Positions 44,806 through 56,130 are shown, numbered from the stretch's first letter. The stretch is 64,000 bases of DNA from Pseudomonadota bacterium (GCA_021790335.1 JAJYEE010000002.1:4164-68163); one strand, 5' to 3'. Notes: generated from the sequence alone by a model not told the origin. Numbers and translations are program-made.

Positions 44806-46170
44806 ATGCCGCGGGCACGATCCGTTTTCAGCTGCACCGAGTGCGGCGCCCAGTCGCCGAAGTGGACCGGTCAGTGCCCGGGTTGTGGCGCATGGAACAC
44901 GCTGGTGGAAACCGTCGAGCGTATCGAGCCGGGCCGCTCCGGGCGCTTCGGCACACTCGCCGACGCATCGGGGGTCCAGCTGCTGACGGCGGTTCCGGCA
45001 CAGGCCGCGGTGCGGATCGGCAGCGGTCTCGCGGAGCTGGATCGGGTGCTGGGCGGCGGCGGGATGGTGACCGGATCGGTTGCACTCATCGGCGGAGATC
45101 CGGGAATAGGCAAGTCGACACTGCTGCTGCAGGCGCTCGCCGTCATCAGCCAGAAGGCCCCAGTACTTTATGTCACCGGCGAAGAATCGGCACAGCAGGT
45201 GGCACTGCGCGCGCAGCGCCTCGGTGTGCAGGCGGATGCTGTCCGGCTGCTTGCGGAGAACCGGGTGGAGACGATCATCACGCTTGCCCATGCCGAACGG
45301 CCAGCGGTCATGGTGGTGGACTCGATCCAGACCGTGTTCACAGAACTTCTCCAGTCCGCCCCGGGAAGCGTGGCTCAGGTGCGCGAATCGGCCGCGCAGC
45401 TTGTGCGCTTCGCAAAGCAGGCGGACGTGGGCCTGTTTCTCGTGGGGCATGTCACCAAGGAAGGCGCCCTTGCCGGGCCGCGGGTGCTCGAGCACATGGT
45501 GGACACGGTGCTGTACTTCGAAGGCGATAACGCCAGCCAGTTCCGCGTCATCCGTGCGATCAAAAACCGTTTCGGTGCCGTCAACGAAATCGGCGTCTTC
45601 CTGATGACCGAGTCCGGGCTGCGCGAGGTGGGCAACCCGTCGGCGATGTTCATCAGCCGTCAGGGCGACGTTGTCTCGGGCAGCGTCGTGCTCGCCACCC
45701 AGGAGGGCACACGGCCGTTGCTGGTGGAAGTGCAGGCGCTCGTCGATGAGAGCCATTCTCCGAATCCACGGCGCGTGTGTGTCGGACTCGATCAGAACCG
45801 CCTGGCGATGCTGCTCGCCGTGCTGCACCGGCATGCCGGGATCGCGATGTTCGACCAGGACGTGTTCGTCAACGTAGCCGGCGGTGTGCGGGTGCTGGAG
45901 CCGGCGGCTGACCTGGCCGTGGTGATTGCCGCCGTATCGAGCTTGCGCAGTCTGCCATTGGGCAAGGACCTTGTGGTGTTCGGCGAAGTGGGCCTTGCCG
46001 GGGAAGTGCGGCCCGTTCAGCGCGGGCAGGAACGCATACGCGAAGCGGCGAAGCTCGGATTCCGGCGCGCCGTGCTGCCGGCCGCCAACATGCCGCGAAA
46101 ACCCGAGGCCGGAATCGAACTCATTCCGGTGCGGCGGGTGGAAGAGGCGCTCGAAGCGATCATCCGCTAG
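44806..46170 (+). CDS. radA: DNA repair protein RadA/Sms
   Basis: CxxC..CxxC zinc finger, GDPGIGKST, KNRFG motif, Lon-like C-terminus; start 44806. Confidence 0.96.
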   Translation: MPRARSVFSCTECGAQSPKWTGQCPGCGAWNTLVETVERIEPGRSGRFGTLADASGVQLLTAVPAQAAVRIGSGLAELDRVLGGGGMVTGSVALIGGDPGIGKSTLLLQALAVISQKAPVLYVTGEESAQQVALRAQRLGVQADAVRLLAENRVETIITLAHAERPAVMVVDSIQTVFTELLQSAPGSVAQVRESAAQLVRFAKQADVGLFLVGHVTKEGALAGPRVLEHMVDTVLYFEGDNASQFRVIRAIKNRFGAVNEIGVFLMTESGLREVGNPSAMFISRQGDVVSGSVVLATQEGTRPLLVEVQALVDESHSPNPRRVCVGLDQNRLAMLLAVLHRHAGIAMFDQDVFVNVAGGVRVLEPAADLAVVIAAVSSLRSLPLGKDLVVFGEVGLAGEVRPVQRGQERIREAAKLGFRRAVLPAANMPRKPEAGIELIPVRRVEEALEAIIR

Positions 46171-46234
46171 CGGCCGCGAGCGGCCATGGCGCAGCCCGCG
46201 ACCAACCGCCGTCGCGCCGCGAGCGGTGGGCGCC

Positions 46235-46912
46235 TCACTTCAGGTAGAACTGCATGCGGGACCCGGCAATCTCGATGATGTCACCGTTCTTGAGCTCCTC
46301 GCCGTGCGGCCCGAGCGGTTTGCCGTTGAGTTTGGGCTTTTCCGTGTCGCTGCCGGGTGCCAGAGTATAGTCGCCGCTCGCCTTGCGGCTGATCACCGCG
46401 GCCATCTTGCCGGAACGTCCCAGATTCGTCACCGCCTTGGTGAGATCTATGCGCTTGCCGCTGTTGGCCCCGCTGAGGATGAAGATCGCGCCCTGACGCG
46501 CCCCCTTGGCAGCGTCCGACGCGGATGCGCCCGGGGGATTGGCTGCAGAGTGGCCCAGCTCCTCCGGGCGCATGGCCGGGATGATGACCGTCTTGGCAAG
46601 CGAGTCGGCCCCAGGCCGGGCGGCATTTTCGTTCACGTACAGCAGGGTATGCTTGCCAATCCCTATTGCATCACCGTTGGTCAGATGATGCTTGGAAATC
46701 TTCTTGTTGTTGACAAACGTGCCATTGGTGCTGTTTAGGTCCTGGATGAAGCTGTCCTCACCGATGGTAAACAGCGACGCATGGTTGGCGCTGACAGAGA
46801 GATTGTCGAGCAGGATGTCGCTGCCAGGCCTGCGGCCGATGGTCATGTCCCCCTGTTTCAGCACGAGCTGGTCGATTACTACGTCTTCGAACTTGATGAT
46901 GAATTTCGCCAT
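46235..46912 (-). CDS. Tandem FHA-domain protein
   Basis: FHA1: IGRRPGSDI..VSANHA..DLNSTNGTFVN; FHA2: LGRSG..KLNG..LKNGDII; Ala/Pro linker. Confidence 0.9.
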   Translation of the reverse strand: MAKFIIKFEDVVIDQLVLKQGDMTIGRRPGSDILLDNLSVSANHASLFTIGEDSFIQDLNSTNGTFVNNKKISKHHLTNGDAIGIGKHTLLYVNENAARPGADSLAKTVIIPAMRPEELGHSAANPPGASASDAAKGARQGAIFILSGANSGKRIDLTKAVTNLGRSGKMAAVISRKASGDYTLAPGSDTEKPKLNGKPLGPHGEELKNGDIIEIAGSRMQFYLK

Positions 46913-46981
46913 TGTTTTGTTATCCTGACATTCACCCATTGCGCCACGGCCGTGGCATTGAATAAACCCGCTGAAAATCTG

Positions 46982-47785
46982 TCAATCGCTGTGCGGTCCG
47001 GATACGGACCGGCGGCGCGCGAAACGTTTTCCGGTGCGAACCAGAACCACCGACACATTGTCCGGCCCCCCCTTGGAGTTGACTTCGGTGACGATCTGAC
47101 GCACAGCTTCGTCCAGGTTTCCCCCTAAAGTCTGCAACAGCAGTTCAACGTCTGAATCCGGCAGCACGTCGCTCAATCCGTCGGAGCACAGCAGATACAG
47201 ATCGTCTTTATTCACCACATGCTGGACGATGTCGATCTGTACGAGCGGCTCAACGCCGAGCGCGCGTGTGACCAGATTCTTGTTCGTCGAGGTCCGCGCC
47301 TCTTCCGGCGAGAGCAGGCCGCGTCGCAGTAACTCCTGGACCATCGAATGATCCTCGGTCAGCTGTTCCAGTTGTTGCGCGCGGTAACGGTACAGGCGTG
47401 AATCTCCAACATGCGCGATGCATACCTTGTTGTCGTAAAACAGCGCCACCACCACGGTGGTGCCCATGCCGCTGTATTCGGCCCGCGAGCGGGCGCTTTC
47501 GTAGATCGCGGCATTGGCCTGCTGGATGGCATCCGCCACGATTGCATCCTCGGGGCGGCGGTCGCGCGCGGTCGCCCCCTTGCCGGGGATGGCATCGAGC
47601 GCCTCAACGATGCTCCTGCCGATGATGTCCACCGCCATGGCGCTGGCCACTTCGCCCGCCAGATGTCCGCCCATGCCGTCGGCCAGCACTGCCAGACCGC
47701 TTTCCGGCTTGAGGAGCAGGGCGTCTTCGTTGCGTTCCCTGACCATGCCGGGATCGCTGATGCCTGTCATGACAAAGATGGTCAT
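46982..47785 (-). CDS. PP2C/PPM-family Ser/Thr phosphatase (Stp1-like)
   Basis: RERNED, ADGMGGHLAGEVAS, HVGDSRLY, LLCSDGL, GGPDNVS; start uncertain. Confidence 0.93.
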   Translation of the reverse strand: MTIFVMTGISDPGMVRERNEDALLLKPESGLAVLADGMGGHLAGEVASAMAVDIIGRSIVEALDAIPGKGATARDRRPEDAIVADAIQQANAAIYESARSRAEYSGMGTTVVVALFYDNKVCIAHVGDSRLYRYRAQQLEQLTEDHSMVQELLRRGLLSPEEARTSTNKNLVTRALGVEPLVQIDIVQHVVNKDDLYLLCSDGLSDVLPDSDVELLLQTLGGNLDEAVRQIVTEVNSKGGPDNVSVVLVRTGKRFARRRSVSGPHSD

Positions 47786-48551
47786 GTAGCTGAGGCCGGG
47801 CGGGTATGAAGACGTGCACAGACTGTCCGGCTGTGTGGGACGGCCGCCGCCGGGCGTCTTCCTGGTCGTGACCGCGGTGTTTTGTCGGAGCCATCGCGCG
47901 CAGTAGCGGAACGGTCGGCGCGCAACGGTGCGGGATTTGAACATTTCCGGATGAGGAAGCGGAGCATGGGGCTGGACATTGAATCTCCCTAAAAAGGCTG
48001 GCGCACTACGGGCGGTTCACCGGTCATGAGCGCACGAGAGGCCGCATGCGGGTGGTCGTCCGGCGCGTTCGCCGGCGATCCGCTCACGGGTATGCATGCG
48101 GAAACCCGTGTATGCGATCGAGTGTGGTGCGCCCGGCAGTGCCGATGGACGCGCTCGGCGTCGTCTCGGCAAACGGCCGGGGCAGCACGCATGAGTTCGG
48201 CGAGCTGCCGGCCCTGCAGGTACTCCGTAGCGCTGCATGCGAAATGCCGGCAGCCGGTCTGGTGGTGACTCAGATAAGCCCCGCTGTCGGGAGTCTGGGT
48301 ATTCCTGGTTCCTTTTCCTTATGTGGGGCGCGCCGCCGGCTTCAGGCGTGATGGGCATCGCGCCGAAGGCTGGAACGGAAAACCAGTCCTGCTTCAGGAA
48401 CCCTCCTATGGCCATGAATGATTCTACGGTTTCGCCGTCGAGTGAAATGCCTTCCTTATATAGATATTACACAATCCCCCGGTCCGCAAGGACCTCTCGT
48501 CCCGAAAAATGCACGGAAATCGGCCGCCGGCGCATTCCTTGGGGATGCGGG

Positions 48552-49679
48552 TCAAGTCAGCAGGTGTTCGAGGGTACGGGCATAAACCTGCGCCAGCAGG
48601 TCCAGATCGGCAACGGCGATACATTCGTTGATGCGGTGAATGCTGTGGTTGAGAGGTCCGAATTCGGCCACCTCGGCTCCGGTCGGGGCGATAAACCGCC
48701 CGTCGGAGGTGCCGCCGGCGGTGGAAAGCGACGGCTCCATCCCCACGGTCTCGCGCACCGCCAGGCGCAGCGCATCCAGCAGCCGGCCGTGCGGGGTGAG
48801 AAACGGCTGGCCCGAGAGGCGCCAGACCAGGTCATAGCGCAAACCGCAGGACCCGAGTACTTCTTCCACACGCCGGTGCAGTTCCTCTTCGGTCACCGCG
48901 GTGGAAAAGCGGAAGTTGAATTGTGCGGTAAGCTCGCCCGGCGTGACATTTTCCGCACCGGTGCCGGCATGGATGTTCGATATCTGGAAGCTGGTCGGTG
49001 GGAAGTGCCGGTTGCCCTTGTCCCATTCGGTGCGCACCAGGGCGCTCAGGGCGGGCGCGAACTCGTGGATGGGGTTTTGGCCCGCTTGCGGATAGGCGAT
49101 GTGTCCCTGCACGCCATGGACGGTGATCTGGCCGTTGAGCGACCCGCGCCGTCCGATCTTGATGGTATCCCCGAACTGCGTCTGGCAGGATGGCTCGCCC
49201 ACGATGCAGTAATCGATGACCCGGGATTCAGCCTTGAGCCATTTCATCACCCGTACGGTCCCGTCCACCGCCGGGCCTTCCTCGTCGGAGGTGATGAGCA
49301 AAGCGATGGCGCCGGCGTGCTGCGGATGGCGTCCGAGAAAGGCCTCGATGGCGGTGACGAATGCCGCCAGCGATCCTTTCATGTCGGCCGCGCCGCGGCC
49401 GTAGAGAAGTCCGTCGCGTATCTCCGGCTTGAAGGGGTCGCTCGTCCACTGTTCGCGTGGGCCCGGGGGGACGACATCGGTGTGGCCGGCGAATGCCACC
49501 AGCGGGCGGGCGTTGCCGCGCTGGGCCCAGAAATTGTCGACGCCGCCGAAATGCAGGCGCTCGACCTGAAATCCGAGATGTTCCAGCCGCCCGATCAGCA
49601 GTTGTTGACAGCCCTCGTCGCGCGGTGTGAGCGACGGGCGCTCCATGAGCTGCATGGCAAGCTTGAGCGTTTCGGACAT
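48552..49679 (-). CDS. dapE: Succinyl-diaminopimelate desuccinylase
   Basis: FAGHTDVVP, GRGAADMKG, SDEEG, GRRGSL, GGTSDGRF, IHRINE. Confidence 0.96.
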   Translation of the reverse strand: MSETLKLAMQLMERPSLTPRDEGCQQLLIGRLEHLGFQVERLHFGGVDNFWAQRGNARPLVAFAGHTDVVPPGPREQWTSDPFKPEIRDGLLYGRGAADMKGSLAAFVTAIEAFLGRHPQHAGAIALLITSDEEGPAVDGTVRVMKWLKAESRVIDYCIVGEPSCQTQFGDTIKIGRRGSLNGQITVHGVQGHIAYPQAGQNPIHEFAPALSALVRTEWDKGNRHFPPTSFQISNIHAGTGAENVTPGELTAQFNFRFSTAVTEEELHRRVEEVLGSCGLRYDLVWRLSGQPFLTPHGRLLDALRLAVRETVGMEPSLSTAGGTSDGRFIAPTGAEVAEFGPLNHSIHRINECIAVADLDLLAQVYARTLEHLLT

Positions 49680-49717
49680 AGGCATGACGGGTTCCGGGCC
49701 GCGCGCGCTGATGGCGC

Positions 49718-50539
49718 TCAGATGTCCCGGAGCAGTTCGTTGATGCCGACCTTGCTGCGCGTCTTTTCGTCGACCTGCTTGACGATGACCGCGCAATACA
49801 GGCTGTACGTGCCGTCGGCCGACGGCAGGTTGCCGGATACCACTACGGAACCCGCAGGTATCCGCCCGTAACTGACCTCACCGGTCGCGCGGTTGTAGAT
49901 CTTCGTGCTCTTGCCGATGAATACTCCCATGGAGATCACCGCGCCTTCCTCGACCACGACTCCCTCGACGATCTCCGAGCGCGCGCCGATGAAGCAGTTG
50001 TCTTCGATGATTGTGGGCGCAGCCTGGACCGGTTCCAGCACACCGCCGATTCCCACACCTCCGGACAGGTGCACGTTCCTGCCGATCTGCGCGCACGATC
50101 CGACCGTTGCCCAGGTGTCCACCATGGTGCCTTCGTCGACGTAGCCGCCGATATTGACATAGCTCGGCATGAGCACCACGTTCGGCGCGATATAGGCGCC
50201 TTTGCGGACTGTGGCGAGTGGCACTACGCGAAAGCCGCCGTCACGGAAATTCCGGGAATTGTAGTCGGCGAATTTGGACGGCACCTTGTCGTAATAGTTG
50301 GTGTATCCGCCCTTTACGAAACTGTTGTCCTCGATGCGGAAATAGAGCAGCACCGCCTTCTTAAGCCATTCGTTCACGGTCCACTGGCCGTCGCGTTTCT
50401 CCGCTACGCGCGCTTTGCCGGCGTCGAGCAGTGCTATCGCCTCCAGCGTCGCGTCTTTGACGTGCGTATCGACATTGCGTGGCGTGATCTGCGCGCGTTG
50501 TTCGAACGCCTGCTCGATGACAGTCTTGATATCGCTCAT
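49718..50539 (-). CDS. dapD: Tetrahydrodipicolinate N-succinyltransferase
   Basis: [33 protein letters not shown], hexapeptide repeats. Confidence 0.97.
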   Translation of the reverse strand: MSDIKTVIEQAFEQRAQITPRNVDTHVKDATLEAIALLDAGKARVAEKRDGQWTVNEWLKKAVLLYFRIEDNSFVKGGYTNYYDKVPSKFADYNSRNFRDGGFRVVPLATVRKGAYIAPNVVLMPSYVNIGGYVDEGTMVDTWATVGSCAQIGRNVHLSGGVGIGGVLEPVQAAPTIIEDNCFIGARSEIVEGVVVEEGAVISMGVFIGKSTKIYNRATGEVSYGRIPAGSVVVSGNLPSADGTYSLYCAVIVKQVDEKTRSKVGINELLRDI

Positions 50540-51759
50540 TGGCCGATTCCTGTTAAACAAACTGATTCTACATGATGCCGGATGCGGTGCGCAGCCGCCA
50601 CGCACTGTTCCAGCGGTGCGACCAGAGCCATGCGAACGCGGTTGTGTCCCGGGTTGATGCCGTCGGCGGTGCGCGACAGGTAGCTGCCGGGCAGCACCAG
50701 GACGTTTTCGCGCTCGTACAGTTCGCGTGCGAAGAGTTTGTCGTCCTGGGACGTGCGCGGCCACAGATAGAAACCGGCCTGGGGACGGGCGATATCCATG
50801 ACCGGAGCGAGTATGGCGAGCACGGCGTCGAACTTTGCGCGGTAGAGATCGCGGTTGGCGCGCACGTGATCCTCGTCATTCCAGGCGCGGATGCTTGCCG
50901 CCTGCGCGAGCGACGAAAGGCTGCAGCCATGATAGGTGCGGTAGTCGAGATATTGCGCCATGACGGCGCCGTCGCCGGCGACGATTCCCGAGCGCAGACC
51001 CGGCAGGTTGGACCGCTTCGACAGGCTTTGAAAAGCCAGACAATGGCGGAAATCGGCAACGCCGAGGTCGTGAGCAGCCTGCAGTATGCCGGGCGGCGGT
51101 TGGTGCTCGTCGAAGTAGATCTCGGAATAGCATTCGTCGGATACGATCAGGAAGTCGTGGCGGTGGGCGAGCTCGATGAGGTGCGCAAACTCCTCGCGTT
51201 CCATCACCGCACCGGTCGGGTTGCCCGGCGAACACACAAACACCATGCGTGTGCGTCTCCAGATCTGCGCCGGCACGGCGTCGAAATCCATGCGATAACC
51301 GGATTCGGCGACGGTATTAAGAAAGTACGGTTCCGCCCCGGCGAGCAGTGCTGCGCCTTCGTAGATCTGGTAGAACGGGTTGGGCAGGATGATCACCGGG
51401 CGAGCGCTGTCGGCCGGATCGATCACGGCCTGGACGATGGAAAACAGCGCCTCGCGTGTGCCGCTCACCGGCAGGATGTGTCGTTGCGGATCGAGCGGCA
51501 TGCGCTCCAGATGATGGCGGCGGTTGGCCCAGGCGGCGGCCGACTCGCGCAGTGCCGGTAACCCGTGGGTTGTCGGATAGGATGAGAGCGTTTGCAGCTG
51601 CGCGCTGATCTCTTCCAAAACGATGCGCGGTGCTGCATGCTGTGGCTCGCCAATGGAAAGGCGGATGGGCGACTTGTCCGGTGCCGGCGAGACCCCGCGC
51701 ATCAACTCGGCGAGCCTCTGGAAGGGGTAGGGTTGAAGGCCCGAGAGTCTGGAATTCAT
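50536..51759 (-). CDS. dapC: N-succinyldiaminopimelate aminotransferase
   Basis: [45 protein letters not shown]; upstream of dapD. Confidence 0.93.
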   Translation of the reverse strand: MNSRLSGLQPYPFQRLAELMRGVSPAPDKSPIRLSIGEPQHAAPRIVLEEISAQLQTLSSYPTTHGLPALRESAAAWANRRHHLERMPLDPQRHILPVSGTREALFSIVQAVIDPADSARPVIILPNPFYQIYEGAALLAGAEPYFLNTVAESGYRMDFDAVPAQIWRRTRMVFVCSPGNPTGAVMEREEFAHLIELAHRHDFLIVSDECYSEIYFDEHQPPPGILQAAHDLGVADFRHCLAFQSLSKRSNLPGLRSGIVAGDGAVMAQYLDYRTYHGCSLSSLAQAASIRAWNDEDHVRANRDLYRAKFDAVLAILAPVMDIARPQAGFYLWPRTSQDDKLFARELYERENVLVLPGSYLSRTADGINPGHNRVRMALVAPLEQCVAAAHRIRHHVESVCLTGIGQ

Positions 51760-51804
51760 CTGTGCGGTGGAATGTCCTGAGAAAAACAATTATACGGTAA
51801 CGGC

Positions 51805-52683
51805 ATGACGGCATCCAACCACCGCACGTCCCGACTGCTTCCCGTGCTGGCACTGCTCGCCGGGGCAGGAATGTGGGGAGTCATCTGGTATCCGATGCGG
51901 CTGCTCAATGCCGCCGGACTGAACGGTGTCTGGCTCACCCTGGTGCTGTATGCCAGCGCGCTTGCCTTTTCCCTGCCGCTTGCCGCCGCGGCCTGGAGGG
52001 AGTTTCCACGCGCGCCGGCAGCACTGAGTGCGCTCATGCTGGCCGGGGGTTGGACAAACGTCGCATTCATCGAAGCGGTACTGCATGGCGATATCCTGAG
52101 GGTGCTGCTGCTGTTTTATCTCTCTCCGTTGTGGGCAACCCTGATGGGATGGCTGGCGCTGGGCGAGCGGGTGTCGCTACGATCGTTGGGCAGTCTGGCG
52201 CTTGCCATGGGTGGGGCGCTGCTCATGCTCTGGAATCCGCGCACCCATGGCGCCTGGCCGCAAGGCGCATCGGACTGGTTCGCCATATCCTCCGGCTTTG
52301 CCTTCGCCCTGGCCAATGTCCTGGTGCGCAAGCTGGAGGACATTTCGGTCGCCGCCAAGTCAGTGAGCATCTGGCTGGGGGTCCTGATCGTTGGCGCAGC
52401 CATGATCGCGCTGTTGCGCCTGGAGCCGCCACATGCCGGCGCCGGCGCATTCTCCGGCGCGATAGCCCTCGGTCTGTTCGGGATTCTGCTCATGACGCTG
52501 CTGGTGCAGTACGGCGTGACGCATATGCCGGTGCATCGTTCGGCAGTGATCATGCTTTTCGAGCTCGTGGCGGGCGCGGTGTCCCAGCAGTTCCTCACCT
52601 CCGAACATGTCGGGGTGCGCGAGTGGGCTGGAGGGGCGCTGATCATCGCCGCGGCATACCTGTCAGCGATCACCTCCGGTTAG
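51805..52683 (+). CDS. DMT/EamA-family transporter
   Basis: About ten TM helices in two EamA repeats; LLFYLSPLW, LFELV. Confidence 0.88.
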   Translation: MTASNHRTSRLLPVLALLAGAGMWGVIWYPMRLLNAAGLNGVWLTLVLYASALAFSLPLAAAAWREFPRAPAALSALMLAGGWTNVAFIEAVLHGDILRVLLLFYLSPLWATLMGWLALGERVSLRSLGSLALAMGGALLMLWNPRTHGAWPQGASDWFAISSGFAFALANVLVRKLEDISVAAKSVSIWLGVLIVGAAMIALLRLEPPHAGAGAFSGAIALGLFGILLMTLLVQYGVTHMPVHRSAVIMLFELVAGAVSQQFLTSEHVGVREWAGGALIIAAAYLSAITSG

Positions 52684-52715
52684 ACCGGTACTGGCGCGGC
52701 GGATGTGCGCCGCAT

Positions 52716-53438
52716 TCAAATTTGTGCATCGCTGCGGGAGCCGAATATCGCCGTACCGATGCGGATCAGCGTGGCACCTTCCCTGATCGCCGGCACGAAA
52801 TCGCTGCTCATCCCCATCGACAGCTCGGTGAAGCCAGGCAGGCGGAAACGCTGGCGGCACTCATCGTGCAGAGCGCGCACCTCGGAAAATGCCGCGCGCA
52901 GCTCCGGCTCGGTGGCCGGATGCGGGCCGATGGCCATGAGGCCGCGCAGCCGTATTCCCGGCAGGGAGGCACGTAGCAGCTGTTCCGCGAGCGGTATCAG
53001 CCGCTCGCGGACGACGCCGTGCCTCGTCGGATCGCGCGCGATATTCACCTCGATGAGCACATCGAGTACGCCTCCCTGTGCTGACGCCAGCCGCGACAGG
53101 CGTTGCGCCAGGGCAAGACTGTCGAGCGAATGCAGCCAGCTGAAGTTGCCCGGCACAAACCGCGCCTTGTTCGATTGCAAATGGCCGATGAAATGCCAGA
53201 CAAGCGCCTCGGCACGGAACTGCTCGAGCTTCGGCAACGCTTCCTGAATCGTACTTTCCCCAAAATCCCGCTGTCCGGCCGCGATCGCCGCCGCAATGAG
53301 CTCCACGGGCTGGCGCTTGGAGACCGCCACCAGCGTGACTTCGTCGCTGCTCCGGCCTGCCGCGCGCGCGGCCGCCGTGATCGCGTCCCGGACCCTTTCT
53401 AGGTTTCCCCCGATATCGATGGCAGTGTTACGGTGCAT
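52716..53438 (-). CDS. yggS: YggS/PLPBP pyridoxal-phosphate homeostasis protein
   Basis: LVAVSK, FGES.IQE, WHFIGHLQSNK, LSMGMS.D, IRIGTAIFG. Confidence 0.92.
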   Translation of the reverse strand: MHRNTAIDIGGNLERVRDAITAAARAAGRSSDEVTLVAVSKRQPVELIAAAIAAGQRDFGESTIQEALPKLEQFRAEALVWHFIGHLQSNKARFVPGNFSWLHSLDSLALAQRLSRLASAQGGVLDVLIEVNIARDPTRHGVVRERLIPLAEQLLRASLPGIRLRGLMAIGPHPATEPELRAAFSEVRALHDECRQRFRLPGFTELSMGMSSDFVPAIREGATLIRIGTAIFGSRSDAQI

Positions 53439-53539
53439 ATGCCCGAGTATAACCTTTCGTGGCCGGCGGCAGACCCCTTTACCGGCGACCCCGAACGCGC
53501 GGATAATCCGGGTCTCCGCTCTTTTTTGGAGTAGGCGTC

Positions 53540-54022
53540 ATGCCGGTCACATCGGCGCGCAAAATCGGCAGTTTCTTTTCGCAGGAAGTGCTCGTGCATC
53601 TCGGGCTGCCGGCGGACCTGCGCCTGCTGCCGCAGGTGAACGAGGCGTGGATGAAGGCGGCGGGTGAACCGCTTTGCCGGCACGTGCATGCCGTGCGTTA
53701 CGTCCGCGGGCAGCTGAGTCTTTGTGCCGACTCTTCGGCCTGGGCTGGCCGGGTCCGCTATCAGCAGCAGGCGCTGATTGAGCGGCTGCGCCACTCGGCG
53801 ACGTTCGATCGCCTGATCGGTCTGCACGTGCGGATTGCTCCGCCGGGCCAGACCGGGCAACCGGAGCCGCGCCGGGTGCGGCGCGAGCGCCTGTCCGCCG
53901 CCAGCCGCAGCCTGCTCGAGCAGGTCGCAGGCGACATTGCGGACCCCGGGCTGCGCGCGGCGCTGGCCCGGCTCAGTCGCGGCGCGGGTAATGGCCCGGG
54001 CGGTTCCGGCAACGGCAGCTGA
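53540..54022 (+). CDS. dciA: DciA (DUF721) helicase-loading factor
   Basis: KH-like core L.LCADSSAWA..VRY.QQ.LI..L plus C-terminal helical hairpin LEQVA..I.DP.LRAALARL. Confidence 0.75.
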   Translation: MPVTSARKIGSFFSQEVLVHLGLPADLRLLPQVNEAWMKAAGEPLCRHVHAVRYVRGQLSLCADSSAWAGRVRYQQQALIERLRHSATFDRLIGLHVRIAPPGQTGQPEPRRVRRERLSAASRSLLEQVAGDIADPGLRAALARLSRGAGNGPGGSGNGS

Positions 54023-54202
54023 CTGGAGCCGGCCGCGCGCCAGCAGCGCCGATGCCCCGGGGAACGCGCATGCGTTCCCGCTCTCTAACAGGGTACGCGC
54101 GCGCGGAAAGGCAGGGCGGCGGGCGGGCCGGTGATGAAAACCGGGAGAGGGATCGCAAATTGATTTCCCGGCGGCCGTGCCCTGTGGTTTAATTGGCGCC
54201 CC

Positions 54203-55450
54203 ATGATTCGACCGTATGAGCTGTTTGTCGGGCTGCGTTACACCCGTGCCAAACGGCGCAATCACTTCATTTCCTTCATATCGCTGTCCTCCATCCTGGG
54301 GACCGCCCTGGGCGTCACGGCGCTGATCACGGTGCTTTCGGTCATGAACGGCTTCGACAAGGAGTTGCGTGATCGCATCCTCGGGGTGACGTCCAACATC
54401 ACGATCGGTGCCATCGGCGGGCCGCTGCACCATTGGCGCACGGTTGCGGATGCCGTTGAGGGCATGCACGGCGTCACCGGCCTGGCGCCCTATGTCCAGG
54501 GGCAGGGCATGCTGACGCACGGTCGCGAGTCGAGCGGAGTCGTGGTACGCGGAATACTCCCCTCGGAGGAACCGCGGGTGACGGACATCGGAGGCAAGAT
54601 CGTGGCCGGCAGCCTCGACGCACTCAAGCCCGGGGGCTTCGGCATTGTCCTGGGGCGCGAGCTGGCATGGAAGCTCGGTGTCGATGTGGGGTCGCACGTG
54701 ACGCTGATTGCCCCGGAAGGCGAAGTGACTCCGGCCGGGCTGCTGCCCAGGCTGAGGCGCTTCACGGTGGTCGGGATATTCGACGTGGGCATGTACGAGT
54801 ACGACACCGGGCTCGCCTTCATTCAGCTCGATGACGCTGCCAAGCTCTATCTCATGCCGCATGGCATCAGCGGGCTGCGCATCAAGCTCGCCGACATCTA
54901 CCGCGCGCCGGCGCTTGCGCGACTCATGGCCGGCAAGCTCGGTCCCGGCTACCGGGTGCGGGACTGGACACAGGAGCACGCCAATTTCTTTCGCGCCCTG
55001 CGTATGGAGAAGACGGTCATGTTCGTGATACTGCTGCTCATCGTGGCGGTAGCCGCATTCAACATAGTTTCGACGCTGGTCATGGTGGTGACGGACAAGG
55101 AGGCGGAGATCGCAATTTTGCGCACGCTTGGCGCCAGTCCGGCCAGCATCATGGGCATATTCATGATCCAGGGATCGGTGATCGGCGTCATCGGTACGCT
55201 GATCGGGGCGGTCGGCGGGGTGACACTCGCGCTGAACGTCGTAACGATAGTCCCGTTCCTGCAGCGTGTGTTTCACACGACCTTCCTGTCGAGCAGTGTC
55301 TATTACATAAACCAGCTTCCATCGCATCTTAAATGGTCGGACGTAATCACCATAACCAGCGTGTCGCTCGCGATGGGCTTTCTGGCAACCATCTATCCGG
55401 CCTGGCGCGCGGCGCAGACCCAGCCGGCGGAGGCGCTGCGCTACGAATGA
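54203..55450 (+). CDS. lolC: Lipoprotein-releasing ABC transporter permease LolC/E
   Basis: [39 protein letters not shown]. Confidence 0.95.
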   Translation: MIRPYELFVGLRYTRAKRRNHFISFISLSSILGTALGVTALITVLSVMNGFDKELRDRILGVTSNITIGAIGGPLHHWRTVADAVEGMHGVTGLAPYVQGQGMLTHGRESSGVVVRGILPSEEPRVTDIGGKIVAGSLDALKPGGFGIVLGRELAWKLGVDVGSHVTLIAPEGEVTPAGLLPRLRRFTVVGIFDVGMYEYDTGLAFIQLDDAAKLYLMPHGISGLRIKLADIYRAPALARLMAGKLGPGYRVRDWTQEHANFFRALRMEKTVMFVILLLIVAVAAFNIVSTLVMVVTDKEAEIAILRTLGASPASIMGIFMIQGSVIGVIGTLIGAVGGVTLALNVVTIVPFLQRVFHTTFLSSSVYYINQLPSHLKWSDVITITSVSLAMGFLATIYPAWRAAQTQPAEALRYE

Positions 55451-56130
55451 CGGGGAATGCGGTATTGCGGTGCACGGGGCTGTCCAAGACATTCAGTCAG
55501 GGCAATCTGACCGTGCCGGTGTTGCGGGATGTCAATTTCACGGTCGCGCAGGGCGAGCAGGTCGCCATCATAGGCTCCTCGGGTGCCGGCAAGAGCACGC
55601 TGCTGCACCTTCTGGGTGGCCTGGATACGCCGACCGCGGGAACCGTCGAACTCGACGGCCGCGATATCGGCAGACTCAGTGACCGGCAACGTGGCGCGCT
55701 ACGTAACCGCGCGCTCGGATTCGTGTATCAATTCCACCACCTGCTGCCGGAATTCAGCGCGCTCGAAAACGTGGCCATGCCGCTGTTCATACGGCGCGGG
55801 CCTGAGGCCGAGGCGCTGCGGCGGGCGCAGGAGATGCTCGGCAAGGTGGGGCTTGCGCACCGGCTGATGCACAAGCCCGGGGAGCTGTCCGGCGGCGAAC
55901 GTCAGCGCGTTGCGGTCGCCCGCGCCCTGGTGACCGAGCCGTTGTGCGTGCTCGCCGATGAACCCACAGGCAATCTCGACCGCAAGACTGCGGAATCCGT
56001 ATACGCGCTGATGCTGGATCTGCACCAGGTCCAGCACACGAGTTTCATCATCGCCACCCACGATCCGGCACTGGCCGCCCGCATGGGCCGCATCGTCACT
56101 ATCGACGATGGTATTCTGAAGGAAGCATGA
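55447..56130 (+). CDS. lolD: Lipoprotein-releasing ABC transporter ATPase
   Basis: [38 protein letters not shown]; ATGA overlap with lolC. Confidence 0.95.
   Translation: MTGNAVLRCTGLSKTFSQGNLTVPVLRDVNFTVAQGEQVAIIGSSGAGKSTLLHLLGGLDTPTAGTVELDGRDIGRLSDRQRGALRNRALGFVYQFHHLLPEFSALENVAMPLFIRRGPEAEALRRAQEMLGKVGLAHRLMHKPGELSGGERQRVAVARALVTEPLCVLADEPTGNLDRKTAESVYALMLDLHQVQHTSFIIATHDPALAARMGRIVTIDDGILKEA

Noticed and set aside
48017-48415. 132-aa ORF between dapE and the PP2C gene
   Set aside because: Low-complexity Arg/Pro/Ala composition, no RBS or motif; unsupported
53399-55492. Long antisense ORFs (e.g. 53399-55492, 37186-38850, 40426-42081, 59693-61357, 23598-25151)
   Set aside because: Shadow frames of well-supported genes on the opposite strand, expected in high-GC DNA
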